Shown here: piece after piece, positions 47,529 to 57,326 of the stretch
Layout: every line of letters starts with the position of its first letter
Position numbering within the stretch: position 1 is the first letter of the stretch
Source of the DNA: Candidatus Dojkabacteria bacterium
GTDB taxonomy: Bacteria; Patescibacteriota; Dojkabacteria; J137
Length of the DNA: 64,000 bases
Direction of reading: 5' to 3'
Assembly: GCA_025993875.1 (NCBI GenBank)
Contig: JAMQHH010000005.1
Span: 8,183 to 72,182 of the forward strand
Translations under genes and position numbers: made by a program
Notes under the pieces: model-generated
What the model saw: only the letters and a program-made list of their open reading frames with translations
Told to the model about the DNA's origin: nothing
Databases searched by the model: none

Positions 47529-47787
47529 ATTTATATTACACTACTTGTTGCGTATAGCATTCAGTCTACATACTATGGATAGCGTAGTCAACCGCATTTT
47601 CTTTCTTTTAGGCATAATGTATTCTGGTAAAAGTTCCACGAACCGGAAATTTATTATGGGATACGTATGCGCTTATAAATTTTAATTTAAAAACCATCTC
47701 TCAATAGCCGGTCTTTATAATAATCTAGTATCAAATATTTTATTTACTTAAATACTTAGTTATAATTATGGTAATTATAAATTTTTT

Positions 47788-49278
47788 ATGAAATGGTTTC
47801 ATGCTATAGGTATTTGCGGAAAGGCAACCTCCAACATTGCTTTAATGTTTAAAAGAGCCGGATGGTTTGTAACCGGTTCCGATTTGCAATTTTTCCCTCC
47901 TGCCTCGGATTTTTTAAGTAACAATAATATTCCGGTTGTCGAAGGGTATAATTACGCGCATTTAAACAAAGACTTTTGGCAAACTAATGCAATTATTAAT
48001 CAATTTTATAAAGAAGAGTTTGCCCAGCTCCCAGAACATCCCGATCTTTGTTTAATAGTCGAATCTGCATCTAGCCAAAATAAAGAATATCTGTATGCTA
48101 AAAAACTGGGAGTACGGGTATCTCCATTTGCCGAAATTTTAAAAGACTATTTTATAAAACCTAATTCTATTGTTGTTACAGGCACAGCCGGAAAAACAAC
48201 TGTAACCGCATTAATTACTTTAATCTTAAAAAATCTGGATATAAACCCAAGCTATATGGTTGGTGCCGAAGTAATTGATATGCCGGATTCGATTCAAAAC
48301 ACCACTTCCTCTTGGTCTGTAACTGAGGGAGATGAATTTTTTAGTAGAGAGTTATCGACCGGAGCAAAATTTTTAAAGTTCAATCCAAAATATTTAGTAA
48401 TAACAAGTTTGGGCTGGGAACATCAGGACGTTTACCCTACAAAAGAACTTTACCTAGATGAATTTAAGAAAGCTGTGCAGATGGTACCAATAGATGGAGT
48501 GGTTTTAGCTCCCGATAATGTTTCGGAGATCGATTATGTGCTATCGGGTTTCACTGATAAGAAAATAGTAAGATACAAATATTCAGACACAAAAAAAACA
48601 GGAGTGTGGAGCATTTTTAAAGAAAATGATAGTCTGAATGTATGTGACCTTGCAGGGAAAAGTTACATTACTCTTACTGCCAGCCTGCTTGGTAAATATA
48701 ACGTGGAAAATATTTGTGGAGTTGTGGCTTTGATCGATTTTTTGGCAGTCGATCTTATAAAAACTAACAGCAATTTAACACTCCCAAAAATTAAAGAAGT
48801 TGTGGCTGCAACCATTAAAGATTTTAAAGGACCCAAAAAAAGAATTGAGATACTAAAAAAAACTCAAAATACAATGGTAATTGACGATTTTGCGGTAGCT
48901 CCCGATAGAATAAAAAATACCCTGCAAACTCTTGCAGAGAATTTTCCCGAATATAAAATTGTAACTGTATTTGAACCAAATTCTGGAAGCCGGCCTAAAG
49001 ATGTTTCTACTCTTAAAAACTTATATCAAAACTCATTTTTTCAATCTGAACTTGTAATTTTACCGGAACTTTCAACTTTAAACCAAAATCTTGCTACAGA
49101 ATTTGAAATAGTAAAAAGTTTAAAGGAAATGAATATAAATGCCATTAATATCCCTGCAAAGGAGATTGAGCAGTTTTTACTAAAACACAGAAAAGGCAGT
49201 TTAGATAAGAATATTTACCTGTTTTGCAGCTCTTACAGGCTAACCTCAATAGCTAACAAATTTGCACTTACAATATGA
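47788..49278 (+). CDS. Mur ligase family protein (MurC / Mpl-like UDP-N-acetylmuramate ligase)
   Basis: N-terminal HAIGICGKATSNIALMFKRAGWFVTGSD (the HFxGIGGxGMSxLA...GSD block) and the ATP-binding VTGTAGKTTVTALI; 496 aa. Confidence 0.75.
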   Translation: MKWFHAIGICGKATSNIALMFKRAGWFVTGSDLQFFPPASDFLSNNNIPVVEGYNYAHLNKDFWQTNAIINQFYKEEFAQLPEHPDLCLIVESASSQNKEYLYAKKLGVRVSPFAEILKDYFIKPNSIVVTGTAGKTTVTALITLILKNLDINPSYMVGAEVIDMPDSIQNTTSSWSVTEGDEFFSRELSTGAKFLKFNPKYLVITSLGWEHQDVYPTKELYLDEFKKAVQMVPIDGVVLAPDNVSEIDYVLSGFTDKKIVRYKYSDTKKTGVWSIFKENDSLNVCDLAGKSYITLTASLLGKYNVENICGVVALIDFLAVDLIKTNSNLTLPKIKEVVAATIKDFKGPKKRIEILKKTQNTMVIDDFAVAPDRIKNTLQTLAENFPEYKIVTVFEPNSGSRPKDVSTLKNLYQNSFFQSELVILPELSTLNQNLATEFEIVKSLKEMNINAINIPAKEIEQFLLKHRKGSLDKNIYLFCSSYRLTSIANKFALTI

Positions 49279-50177
49279 ACTTTATAACAGCAAAAGAGCT
49301 TTTGGCCGAAAGCACCTCTTTATCTAAAACTAAAACCAGGCATCCTAAAAACGAGTTTCAGGCTTATGCTTATAAGCTTGCTATGGATCTTAATGACCTG
49401 GTTAATTTAAAGATTTATATGAGGCTGGCTAAAAATATTGAGAGAAATTTAATGGAGCAGGCTTTTAGATTTGTAGCAGATTCCAATAGTTCCGATAAGG
49501 GCAGATTATTTTTATGGAAACTTAAAGCAATAAGGACAGAAATTGAACATAAAAGAGCTCTGCAAAATTTTGATTACGATTTTGTTAGAAAAAAGACAGG
49601 GGAATTTAGAAATATTTTCTATTCTGATATATTTAAAGTAACAGATAAAGATTTTGACGATAACAAAAAGCATATAATAACAACAAATTGCAATGGATCT
49701 TTGCTAATTATTGGAGGGGCAACAGAAAAAATCTTAAAATCTCTTCTTCCCTATTTTTCTATAACAGTTTGGGAAAATTCTTCTAAAATTGCTTTAGAGC
49801 TAAAAAAAGTTTTTTTAGGCCAGAAAAGGATAAAAATAGTTAATAAGGATCTATTAAAAAAGGGCGACGCGAAAAAGAAATTTAGTTTGATATGGGCAAA
49901 TAATTTATGGCAAAATACTCCACTTTTAAGTGAGATAACTGTTTTAAAAAAATTAAAATCCCTTTTAGAGCTTGATGGAAAACTGTTTATTCCGGTAAAG
50001 CATTCTTTTAGCAATAAAGAGGAGTGGAAAGTATATAAAATTGATAAAGAGGTTTATTACTATTTTTTAAAAATCACCACTAAATCCAATTTTATTGCAA
50101 ATGCAAAAAAATTTAATTTTAAGGTGCAGGAATTGTGGGACAAAGATAATATCGCCTATTTTTTACTTTCTATGTAA
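49275..50177 (+). CDS. Hypothetical protein (300 aa), possibly Rossmann-fold
   Basis: ORF only. LLIIGGATEKIL could be a nucleotide-binding loop. Weak. Confidence 0.35.
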   Translation: MNFITAKELLAESTSLSKTKTRHPKNEFQAYAYKLAMDLNDLVNLKIYMRLAKNIERNLMEQAFRFVADSNSSDKGRLFLWKLKAIRTEIEHKRALQNFDYDFVRKKTGEFRNIFYSDIFKVTDKDFDDNKKHIITTNCNGSLLIIGGATEKILKSLLPYFSITVWENSSKIALELKKVFLGQKRIKIVNKDLLKKGDAKKKFSLIWANNLWQNTPLLSEITVLKKLKSLLELDGKLFIPVKHSFSNKEEWKVYKIDKEVYYYFLKITTKSNFIANAKKFNFKVQELWDKDNIAYFLLSM

Positions 50178-50839
50178 TGGAGGTAAAGATTGATGGTTCT
50201 TGGAAAGAGGTTTTAAGTAGTGAATTTAATAAAGAATATTTTAAATCTCTTACCGATTTTGTAAAAAACGAATATTCTACTAAAACCGTTTTCCCGCCGG
50301 GCAAGAATATCTTTGAAGCCTTTAATTTATGTTCGTTTAGCAATACAAAAATTGTTATTTTAGGTCAGGACCCATACCATACTCCGGGAGTTGCGAATGG
50401 CCTTGCCTTTTCCTCTAATTCTGGACAGCGAATTCCTCCATCGTTGTTAAATATCTTTAAAGAGTTGAAAAGCGATCTCGGAAAAGAGATTCCCGATTCG
50501 CCCGATTTAACTGCATGGGCAAAAGAAGGAGTGCTACTTTTAAATGCAACTCTTACTGTAGAAAAGGGGAAAGCAGGCTCTCATCAAGGAAGGGGATGGG
50601 AAGAATTTACCGATAATGTAATAAAAATGATTTCGGCTAAAAAAGACAATATTGTGTTTATTTTGTGGGGAGCATATGCACAGGCAAAAGAGAGCTTGGT
50701 TGATACATCGAAACATTTTATAATAAAAAGCGCACATCCCTCTCCTTTTTCGGCTCAAAGGGGATTTTTTGGAAGCAGGCCTTTTAGTAGAGCCAATAAG
50801 TATTTAGAAGAACACGGAATTATTCCGGTTAAGTGGTAA
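50177..50839 (+). CDS. ung: Uracil-DNA glycosylase, family 1
   Basis: Water-activating loop ILGQDPYH, LLLNATLTV, and the HPSPFSA leucine-loop region; 220 aa. Confidence 0.9.
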   Translation: MEVKIDGSWKEVLSSEFNKEYFKSLTDFVKNEYSTKTVFPPGKNIFEAFNLCSFSNTKIVILGQDPYHTPGVANGLAFSSNSGQRIPPSLLNIFKELKSDLGKEIPDSPDLTAWAKEGVLLLNATLTVEKGKAGSHQGRGWEEFTDNVIKMISAKKDNIVFILWGAYAQAKESLVDTSKHFIIKSAHPSPFSAQRGFFGSRPFSRANKYLEEHGIIPVKW

Positions 50840-50841
50840 AA

Positions 50842-53700
50842 TTAAGACTCTCTGTCTCGATCGGCACTCGCTTCAAGATATGTTTTTGCTACAGCTTTTG
50901 CTCTTTCGTAATTTGCGGTATCGTGATTAGTATTATTTCCTGAACTTTTTGTGTAGATCAATCCGCAAATTAATACAGTTTTCCCTCTGCTTGTGTTTTG
51001 GATAAAAACAATTCTAAATTGATGTCCCCCATTACATAAAGTGTAAACACCTTTATCTGTATCATTCTTTGGAACCAAATCACGAGGTTGATCATGCGAT
51101 TCAAAGTACGCTCGTAATGCTTTTATTATACTAGGATAATACCTGGTAAAGTTGTCAAGGGAGCTTTCTTGAAATGCTTGTAAAGCATTTACTATGCTCT
51201 GCCGATCTAAATCAAACCCGGTATGTACCTTTTTGGGAAGGGAAAAAATATCTTTCGTTATATTTATTGAACTACTTGAATTTTCTTCTTCACCCTCATT
51301 TTTGGGAATTAAATTTGTAAGTTGCCCATACTTATCTATTGCAAGCCAGATAAATAATTTTACAATATCAGTTAAACCGGCAAATTCTTGTGTTTCGGTA
51401 TAATTTCTCAGTTGGGTTGGGGTATATGTGTTTAGAAATGTTTGTAATACGCTCCAATCAAAGGAGCCATCTACCTGCTCAGCAACTGGAGTGGAATTTA
51501 CTTCTAATCGTTTAGATTTAAGATATGAACTAATGCTACTACCATTAAAGATTTGTTGCATGGTTTCCCATACACTTTTGCCGTTAACACTTTGAGCAAA
51601 AAAGGCTTGAACATATTCCTGTGTAATTTTGTTATCTAGCACAAATTCTACCTCGTCCGGCATCTTCTCAAGCAACTCATTATCTGGTTCTGTAGGCTGT
51701 TCACTATCACTACTAGGCTCGGCTTCGAAATCTTCGGGTGATATTTCACTAGGTTCTTGAGGTATGTTATTTAAACTTGCAAGTTCTTCAAGAAATTCCG
51801 GAGTAATTTTTTGTTTATTCTCCCCAAGTGCTTGAGCAATTTGAGGATACTTGTTTCTAAATTCACTAATTAAACTGTTTAAGGAATCTTCTGTATTTTT
51901 ATATTCTAAAACATCCCCCAAAAAAAGCCACCATGCAATAGCCTGATCTTCGGTAAGGCGATCGGTATTTGTAAAAACATTTTCCGCCGATTCGCTAAGC
52001 CTTTCTATGGCATACGGGTTTTCTTGAAAAAAATCAAAGCCAGTAGCAGATTCATCTATTATTGTATCTTCAAAATATGAAGTAAGATGCTCAATATATT
52101 TTGCATAATCAAAAAGATATCTATTTTCTCTAATAAGTTCGGGTAGGAATAGATATCGGTTGCTTTCACCACGTTTGTTTGCATTTTTCTTAGCAAGAAA
52201 GCTCCCCAAAGTACTTGTAGAAGGATGCATGGATTTTCCTTCTGCTGTTCTTGAATAAAATAAAGAAGATAAGCTTGTATATGTAGAAAATGGAGCATTT
52301 GCCAAAATACTGGGGTTTTTTACCCCGGCATCTTGTAAACTTTTAACTACTTCTTCTAAAAATCTTTTAAGTAAGTTCGCATTATCATTACTTTTATCTG
52401 CTTGAGTTGCATCTATATATGTTTCTTCTCGGAGATCTCTTTTACTTTTTTGAGAAGGGTTTAGAGAGCTTCTATAAACGTCTGTATTTTCTTGTTTTTT
52501 GGTAAAACCACTTGCTAAATCAGTTAACGCTTTTTTTAACCGCTCCTTTTTAGTATAATCTAAGTTGCTTAACTCCTCCTTAACAGAATTTTGGGCTCTC
52601 CTTTTTCTAAATTCGCTGTTTAATACATTAGATACACCTGTATCCCAAGGAATTTGCATAATTGTTAGAATTTTTCTTAAAAGCCCTTTTATTTGATTAG
52701 ATAGATTTTGGGGATTATATGTACGGTCGGTTCTTATTTTTTCAATTATATCAGTAAAGCTAGATAAGTTTTTTAACATTCTGTTGACTGCAGTGATAGT
52801 ATTGCTTTCATTTAAAGGTGTATCGGATGTAACAATTCGAAACTGTATTAAGGCAGCTCTTATCTTTTTAAATTTTTCACCTTTATTTTGTTCACCAATT
52901 GCATTTTGGAAATCAATAAGAAAGCCCGAGTGCTGTAAAAAGTACACATAAACTTCTGGAGTAATTATTCCATTGCTTTTTGCAGCTTCGGATTCAACTG
53001 TTTGTTGTGATTGTTCTACTGTTGTTGTAATAAATGCCGAAGGTCTAATAGACGGGAAAAACCCCAGCCTTTCAAGACCAATAAGCCCATCGGAAAACTC
53101 TTTCCAAGAATTTTTTAAACTATCAAACTGATTAAAATTGGTATAGATCTTATTTGCATATTCTGGAGTAATCTCTTGGCTTTCAACTTTATCAATAATT
53201 ATGTCCCAAAATTCCCTTGGGGTAATCTCTGTTTGCATAGCTGTAATAATCCGTTTTTCTATTAACAGATTAAAAAATTCTGAGTATTTTTCGTTTAAAG
53301 CGATTGCAAAATATCCAATTAACTCTCTTTCAGTTAAGGGCTGTTCTAATTTTGTAGCAAAATCTTCTGCCATTTTTCTTTGCACAGATTCCGAAAAAAT
53401 GCCTACTCCTATTTCTACAAGTTGGGCTAAAACATCTTGCAAAAGCTCCTTTAACTTTTTAACTGTGTTTAACTCATTCTGACTCTCGGTAATGGACTGT
53501 TCTAACTCCTTTACCTTTTGTGCTAAATTAGCAATTTCTCTAAGGCGTGTAAAAACCTCTCCAACACTTGGCAGGTTCGCTTTTTTAGTGCTCAGCTCGG
53601 CCTTAACACTTCCCAGTTGAGCATTTAGTGAATCGATTACAGAAGAAATCGAGTCTTGTTTATCACTTTGCTCCAAAGCAGCCCTAAATACAAATGCCAT
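50842..53700 (-). CDS. Large coiled-coil protein with C-terminal RelE/ParE-like domain
   Basis: The N-terminal ~150 aa are heptad-rich. The C-terminal ~90 aa (SIIKALRAYFESHDQPRDLVPKNDTDKGVYTLCNGGHQFRIVFIQNTSRGKTVLICGLIYTKSS) follow the RelE/ParE pattern '...NP..G..L.g....YRiRvGdYRiiY.v.d....V.ilrighRk'; 952 aa. Confidence 0.5.
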   Translation of the reverse strand: MAFVFRAALEQSDKQDSISSVIDSLNAQLGSVKAELSTKKANLPSVGEVFTRLREIANLAQKVKELEQSITESQNELNTVKKLKELLQDVLAQLVEIGVGIFSESVQRKMAEDFATKLEQPLTERELIGYFAIALNEKYSEFFNLLIEKRIITAMQTEITPREFWDIIIDKVESQEITPEYANKIYTNFNQFDSLKNSWKEFSDGLIGLERLGFFPSIRPSAFITTTVEQSQQTVESEAAKSNGIITPEVYVYFLQHSGFLIDFQNAIGEQNKGEKFKKIRAALIQFRIVTSDTPLNESNTITAVNRMLKNLSSFTDIIEKIRTDRTYNPQNLSNQIKGLLRKILTIMQIPWDTGVSNVLNSEFRKRRAQNSVKEELSNLDYTKKERLKKALTDLASGFTKKQENTDVYRSSLNPSQKSKRDLREETYIDATQADKSNDNANLLKRFLEEVVKSLQDAGVKNPSILANAPFSTYTSLSSLFYSRTAEGKSMHPSTSTLGSFLAKKNANKRGESNRYLFLPELIRENRYLFDYAKYIEHLTSYFEDTIIDESATGFDFFQENPYAIERLSESAENVFTNTDRLTEDQAIAWWLFLGDVLEYKNTEDSLNSLISEFRNKYPQIAQALGENKQKITPEFLEELASLNNIPQEPSEISPEDFEAEPSSDSEQPTEPDNELLEKMPDEVEFVLDNKITQEYVQAFFAQSVNGKSVWETMQQIFNGSSISSYLKSKRLEVNSTPVAEQVDGSFDWSVLQTFLNTYTPTQLRNYTETQEFAGLTDIVKLFIWLAIDKYGQLTNLIPKNEGEEENSSSSINITKDIFSLPKKVHTGFDLDRQSIVNALQAFQESSLDNFTRYYPSIIKALRAYFESHDQPRDLVPKNDTDKGVYTLCNGGHQFRIVFIQNTSRGKTVLICGLIYTKSSGNNTNHDTANYERAKAVAKTYLEASADRDRES

Positions 53701-53761
53701 AGTTTTTATTTAATTTATATAAAAAAGCCTTTACAGGTAGACCAATTATAACTGTTTCCTG

Positions 53762-53777
53762 TATTTGACGTCAAATA
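53762..53777. promoter_or_regulatory. Perfect 16-bp palindrome TATTTGACGTCAAATA in a divergent promoter region (candidate operator)
   Basis: Its reverse complement is identical. It lies between the divergently transcribed 952-aa gene and the HTH-Nudix gene. Confidence 0.4.
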
Positions 53778-53874
53778 TACTAATTTTGCCTCTTTATATT
53801 TGTTATCTATTTGTTTTTAGTGGGGTACAGTTTTTGGCTACATAAACTATTAATTAAAGTGGTAAAATTAACCT

Positions 53875-54570
53875 ATGAATTCCTTTATACAAAACCAAAT
53901 TCTTTCTAAGGCTTTAATGGGGAATGCGTTAAGATACAAAGATTTAGTGCCTAAAGGGCTTGACCGTGATCTATTTAACTATCACTTAAAGTTTTTGCTT
54001 TCAAAAAAACTTTTGGTAAAAGAAAATAACCTGTATTCATTAACTTTAGAGGGTCGAAGAACTGTAACTAATTTAACAATTGATGGAAAAGAACAGCAAG
54101 CATTTAAAGTTTCGGTTTTAATTTTAGCCGTTAACTCCAGTGAAAATAAAATACTTTTTCAAAAACGGTTAAGACACCCATTTTTTGCCGATACAATGAT
54201 AGGGATAAGTGGAAAGGTTAACCTGGGTGAAGATTATATAACTGCGTGCAGCCGAAAACTTTTAGAAGAAACAGGATTAAGCGGAAAGTTTAAGCTACTG
54301 GGAATGTCTAGAATTCTAAAAGTCGATAAAAATAATAAACTTGTAGAAGATAACCTCTACCACATCGTTTTAGCAACTGCTTTAAAAGGTAAGATGCAAA
54401 AATTAAATGATTTTGGATTAAATTTTTGGGAAAAAATTGAAAAGTCAGAAACAATTACAGCCGATAATAAATCAAAATCGGCTTTCGACAAATTTATTGT
54501 AAAACTTTTAAATAAACCTTCGATAAAATTCTTTTACAACAACTTTACCCTCCAGGTGGAAGGGCTGTAG
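53875..54570 (+). CDS. Winged-HTH + Nudix hydrolase domain protein (NrtR-like regulator/hydrolase)
   Basis: N-terminal wHTH-like region. Nudix box GKVNLGEDYITACSRKLLEETGL fits Gx5Ex7REUxEExGU with E to K at one position. Confidence 0.65.
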   Translation: MNSFIQNQILSKALMGNALRYKDLVPKGLDRDLFNYHLKFLLSKKLLVKENNLYSLTLEGRRTVTNLTIDGKEQQAFKVSVLILAVNSSENKILFQKRLRHPFFADTMIGISGKVNLGEDYITACSRKLLEETGLSGKFKLLGMSRILKVDKNNKLVEDNLYHIVLATALKGKMQKLNDFGLNFWEKIEKSETITADNKSKSAFDKFIVKLLNKPSIKFFYNNFTLQVEGL

Positions 54571-54624
54571 TTAGGTTAGTATATACTCACTAAAAGAGTT
54601 TTTCCAGTAACTGTAAAATTCCGG

Positions 54625-55074
54625 ATGCAAACTTTTAACCGGATAAAAAAACAACTTGAGTTTTTTAAAAATGTTAGACGAATCGAGATAATGCAGGAAC
54701 TAAAAGAAGCCTCTGAACTTGGAGATTTGTATAGAGAAAATCACCCTTTCGATATCGCAGTTTCTAAACAAAGAATTAACGAGAGAAGAATACTGGAACT
54801 GGAAGAACTTTTAAAATTAAGTACTAAAAAAAATAATTCTAATACGGTGCAGATAGGTTCGAGTGTGTACGTAAAATTTACTTCTCCGTTTAAAAAAGAT
54901 TTTAAAATTACACTTGTGTCGGTCGAACAAAAAGAATTAGATAAAGACCAAAATCTTGTATCGATAGAATCTCCCTTGGGAAAGGCTATTTGTGGAAAAA
55001 AGGAAGATGATGGTTTTGAATATTTCACGCCATTAGGTGAAAAGATTTCTGGAAGTATTATCCTAATTCACTAA
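54625..55074 (+). CDS. greA: Transcription elongation factor GreA
   Basis: N-terminal coiled coil with GDLYRENHPFDIAVSKQRINERRILELEELL (the GDLsENAEYdaAK..Q...e.RI.eLE block) and a C-terminal FKBP-like domain ...SPLGKAICGKKEDDGF.... Confidence 0.8.
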   Translation: MQTFNRIKKQLEFFKNVRRIEIMQELKEASELGDLYRENHPFDIAVSKQRINERRILELEELLKLSTKKNNSNTVQIGSSVYVKFTSPFKKDFKITLVSVEQKELDKDQNLVSIESPLGKAICGKKEDDGFEYFTPLGEKISGSIILIH

Positions 55075-55155
55075 AAATTTTTATAGGATATTGCCATTAA
55101 TTTAAATTTAAAATAAGATTCTCCAAATATTGGCAATACTTTTTAACTTAAGTAA

Positions 55156-55968
55156 ATGAACTGCCCCGGACAAGCAGTAAACCCATTATTTAACCCTTCC
55201 CCGTTAACTTTGCCAGAACAACAAAATACGCCTTCCAATATTTTGTACGAGATTAAATCTAATTTCCCTGCACTTATAGAATTATATCTAAAACAAATAA
55301 AAACTCCCGGGGTTCCCGAACAAACTGGCTTTTTCCATTGTCTTTTGCATTATGCTTTGGTTAATGTAATTCGTGGAATCTGGAAACTTCCAAAACCACT
55401 GGTTAACGTAGAACCGACACAAAAAATTTCATTACATACCCCTGAACGGGTTCAAACAGATATACACCACATTGTGCCTAAAAGGAAATGGAACGGGAGC
55501 ACTGGAGAACTTGTAGAACGTCTACCTGCTCCGCTAAGTGATTTGTATGCCGAATCTGTAGAAATTTATGGTCAACTTTTAGGCCCAGGCAATTGCCTTG
55601 TTAATCTAATACTTTTGCCATATAACGCTCATCATCAAAATGTTGAGTGCATAGGGGCCAATGCAGCAAAATATATTAACCCCGCAGATCACGAAAATAC
55701 ACTATCGTTAACCGAGATTCTCTTTGCAATAGCACTAAAAGCAATTTTTGACGAACAAGAAAATATTAAAAAAATGTGCCATCAATTAAAGGGCTCATAT
55801 CGAGATAGAATTTCTTTGGGGGTGTTAGAACGTATCGAAGGGGAAACTGAAATGGTTGGTGAACGTTATGCTATTCTAGTACAAAGCTATCCATGGATAC
55901 AAGAAGTTAACTTACACTTAACAAATGGGGGTTACTTTTTACCTGTAAACTTATCGGTAGAGCACTAA
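55156..55968 (+). CDS. Hypothetical protein with weak HNH-like His motifs
   Basis: DIHHIVPKRKWNGSTGELVERL and NLILLPYNAHHQN loosely recall HNH 'HHIxP...N...NL..L...H' but lack the Zn-binding cysteines. Confidence 0.3.
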   Translation: MNCPGQAVNPLFNPSPLTLPEQQNTPSNILYEIKSNFPALIELYLKQIKTPGVPEQTGFFHCLLHYALVNVIRGIWKLPKPLVNVEPTQKISLHTPERVQTDIHHIVPKRKWNGSTGELVERLPAPLSDLYAESVEIYGQLLGPGNCLVNLILLPYNAHHQNVECIGANAAKYINPADHENTLSLTEILFAIALKAIFDEQENIKKMCHQLKGSYRDRISLGVLERIEGETEMVGERYAILVQSYPWIQEVNLHLTNGGYFLPVNLSVEH

Positions 55969-55974
55969 CAATTG

Positions 55975-56292
55975 TTAGGATTTAACATAAGCCCACCGGC
56001 ACTTTTTTAAATCTACAATTTTTTCACTTATAAAACTTGTGCCATCCTCTAATAGTCTAAGTTTTTGCTCTTTCCAACCACCCAGCGAAAACTTTTCGGC
56101 AAGGCTGCCATCTTTTGCAACAACTCTATGGCAAGGAATATTTTTATCCTGGTTCCCATAAACCGCCCAACCTACTTTTCGGGCATCGGTTATCCCTACA
56201 ATTTTAGCCACATCTCCATATGTTAAAACATTTCCTTTCGGAATTTGTTTTACAACTTCTCGTATTTGTTTAAACAGACTAATTTTATCCAT
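55975..56292 (-). CDS. MGMT-family protein (O6-alkylguanine-DNA alkyltransferase C-terminal domain only)
   Basis: NVLTYGDVAKIVGITDARKVGWAVYGNQDKNIPCHRVVAKDGSLAEKFSLGG contains the PCHRVV active-site motif with the Cys present. At 105 aa the N-terminal domain is absent. Confidence 0.8.
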   Translation of the reverse strand: MDKISLFKQIREVVKQIPKGNVLTYGDVAKIVGITDARKVGWAVYGNQDKNIPCHRVVAKDGSLAEKFSLGGWKEQKLRLLEDGTSFISEKIVDLKKCRWAYVKS

Positions 56293-56324
56293 AGTAATTT
56301 ATTACAATCAATCGTTACGAAGCT

Positions 56325-57281
56325 CTACTTTGTACTTTCTATTCTAACCCAGGTTTTTACAAAGTCTTTTTTTAATATTTTTCTTTCCCAGTATATTTTT
56401 AACCATAGCCATAATCTTATTGGGTATAATAAGATTGACCAGCTAAGCTGTGTTAAGTTTTTGGCATAGCTTAATGGAAACCAAAAATATTCCAGCTCCC
56501 TCCAAAACGATCTGGTTTTGGTTTCGGGTTTTACAACTTTGTATTCCCATAATTGCACGTAGCCGCCGGTAGATCTCTTTTTTTGCTTAAAATAGTCAGA
56601 TAATCCCGTTGGGTATTTTACATAAGCAATCGCTTTAGATGCATACCCTATTTTTAGTCCTTTGTTAAACATGTCGTAGGAGATATATGCATCGTCCACT
56701 AAACAATCCTCAGGGAAAATAATGTTGTTTCTTTTCATTGCATAAATGTAGCCCGAAACAGGAAAAAACGCCCTCTTTTTTACAAATTTTAAACTTTTAC
56801 CAACAGGGTGCTTTGTTAGGTCAACTGTTCGCTTATGGTGTGCGGCATCGGCAAGCAAATTGCCAAAATATCCCATCATTGTGTTTTTGCTATCGGCAGA
56901 TTTGGGTCTTCCCGAAACAAGATCGTATCCCTTATTTAATTTAAAACATAGCTTTTTTACAGCATCTGTTCCAAACCAAACATCCCCGTCTGTAAAAACA
57001 AAAAAATCTCCTCTGGCTTCTTTTATTAACATGTTTAATGCGAATGGTTTGCCCTTGCCCGGGTCTTGAATATATCGAAACTTATTGGAAATTCCGAGAG
57101 ATTCGACTGCTTTAAAAGCTTCTTCGTAAGTCTCTTTATCCGGAGCTGCGAGTAGAATTTCGAATGAATCATCAATACCAGAATATTTTTGATTTCCTAT
57201 ACATTTTATACATTTGGCAATCGTTTCTTTTTCTTTCCATGCAGTTATGAGCACAGAAATTTTGACCTTCTCTTTGTCCAT
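56325..57281 (-). CDS. Family 2 glycosyltransferase
   Basis: VLITAWKEKETIAKCIKCIGNQ with an early acidic pair, and FTDGDVWF (DxD-type motif). C-terminal amphipathic/TM segment; 318 aa. Confidence 0.7.
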   Translation of the reverse strand: MDKEKVKISVLITAWKEKETIAKCIKCIGNQKYSGIDDSFEILLAAPDKETYEEAFKAVESLGISNKFRYIQDPGKGKPFALNMLIKEARGDFFVFTDGDVWFGTDAVKKLCFKLNKGYDLVSGRPKSADSKNTMMGYFGNLLADAAHHKRTVDLTKHPVGKSLKFVKKRAFFPVSGYIYAMKRNNIIFPEDCLVDDAYISYDMFNKGLKIGYASKAIAYVKYPTGLSDYFKQKKRSTGGYVQLWEYKVVKPETKTRSFWRELEYFWFPLSYAKNLTQLSWSILLYPIRLWLWLKIYWERKILKKDFVKTWVRIESTK

Positions 57282-57326
57282 ACAAACGTAAGGTAATTGT
57301 TAAATATCAGCTAATTATAACAACAT

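Noticed and set aside
47529-47787. NrdR-box operators upstream of nrdR/nrdJ
   Set aside because: I looked for the ACAC-N8-GTGT type 16-bp palindromes usually found in tandem. Only partial matches, such as the region around CTACATACTATGGATAGCGTAG, were seen. Not reportable without a scoring matrix.
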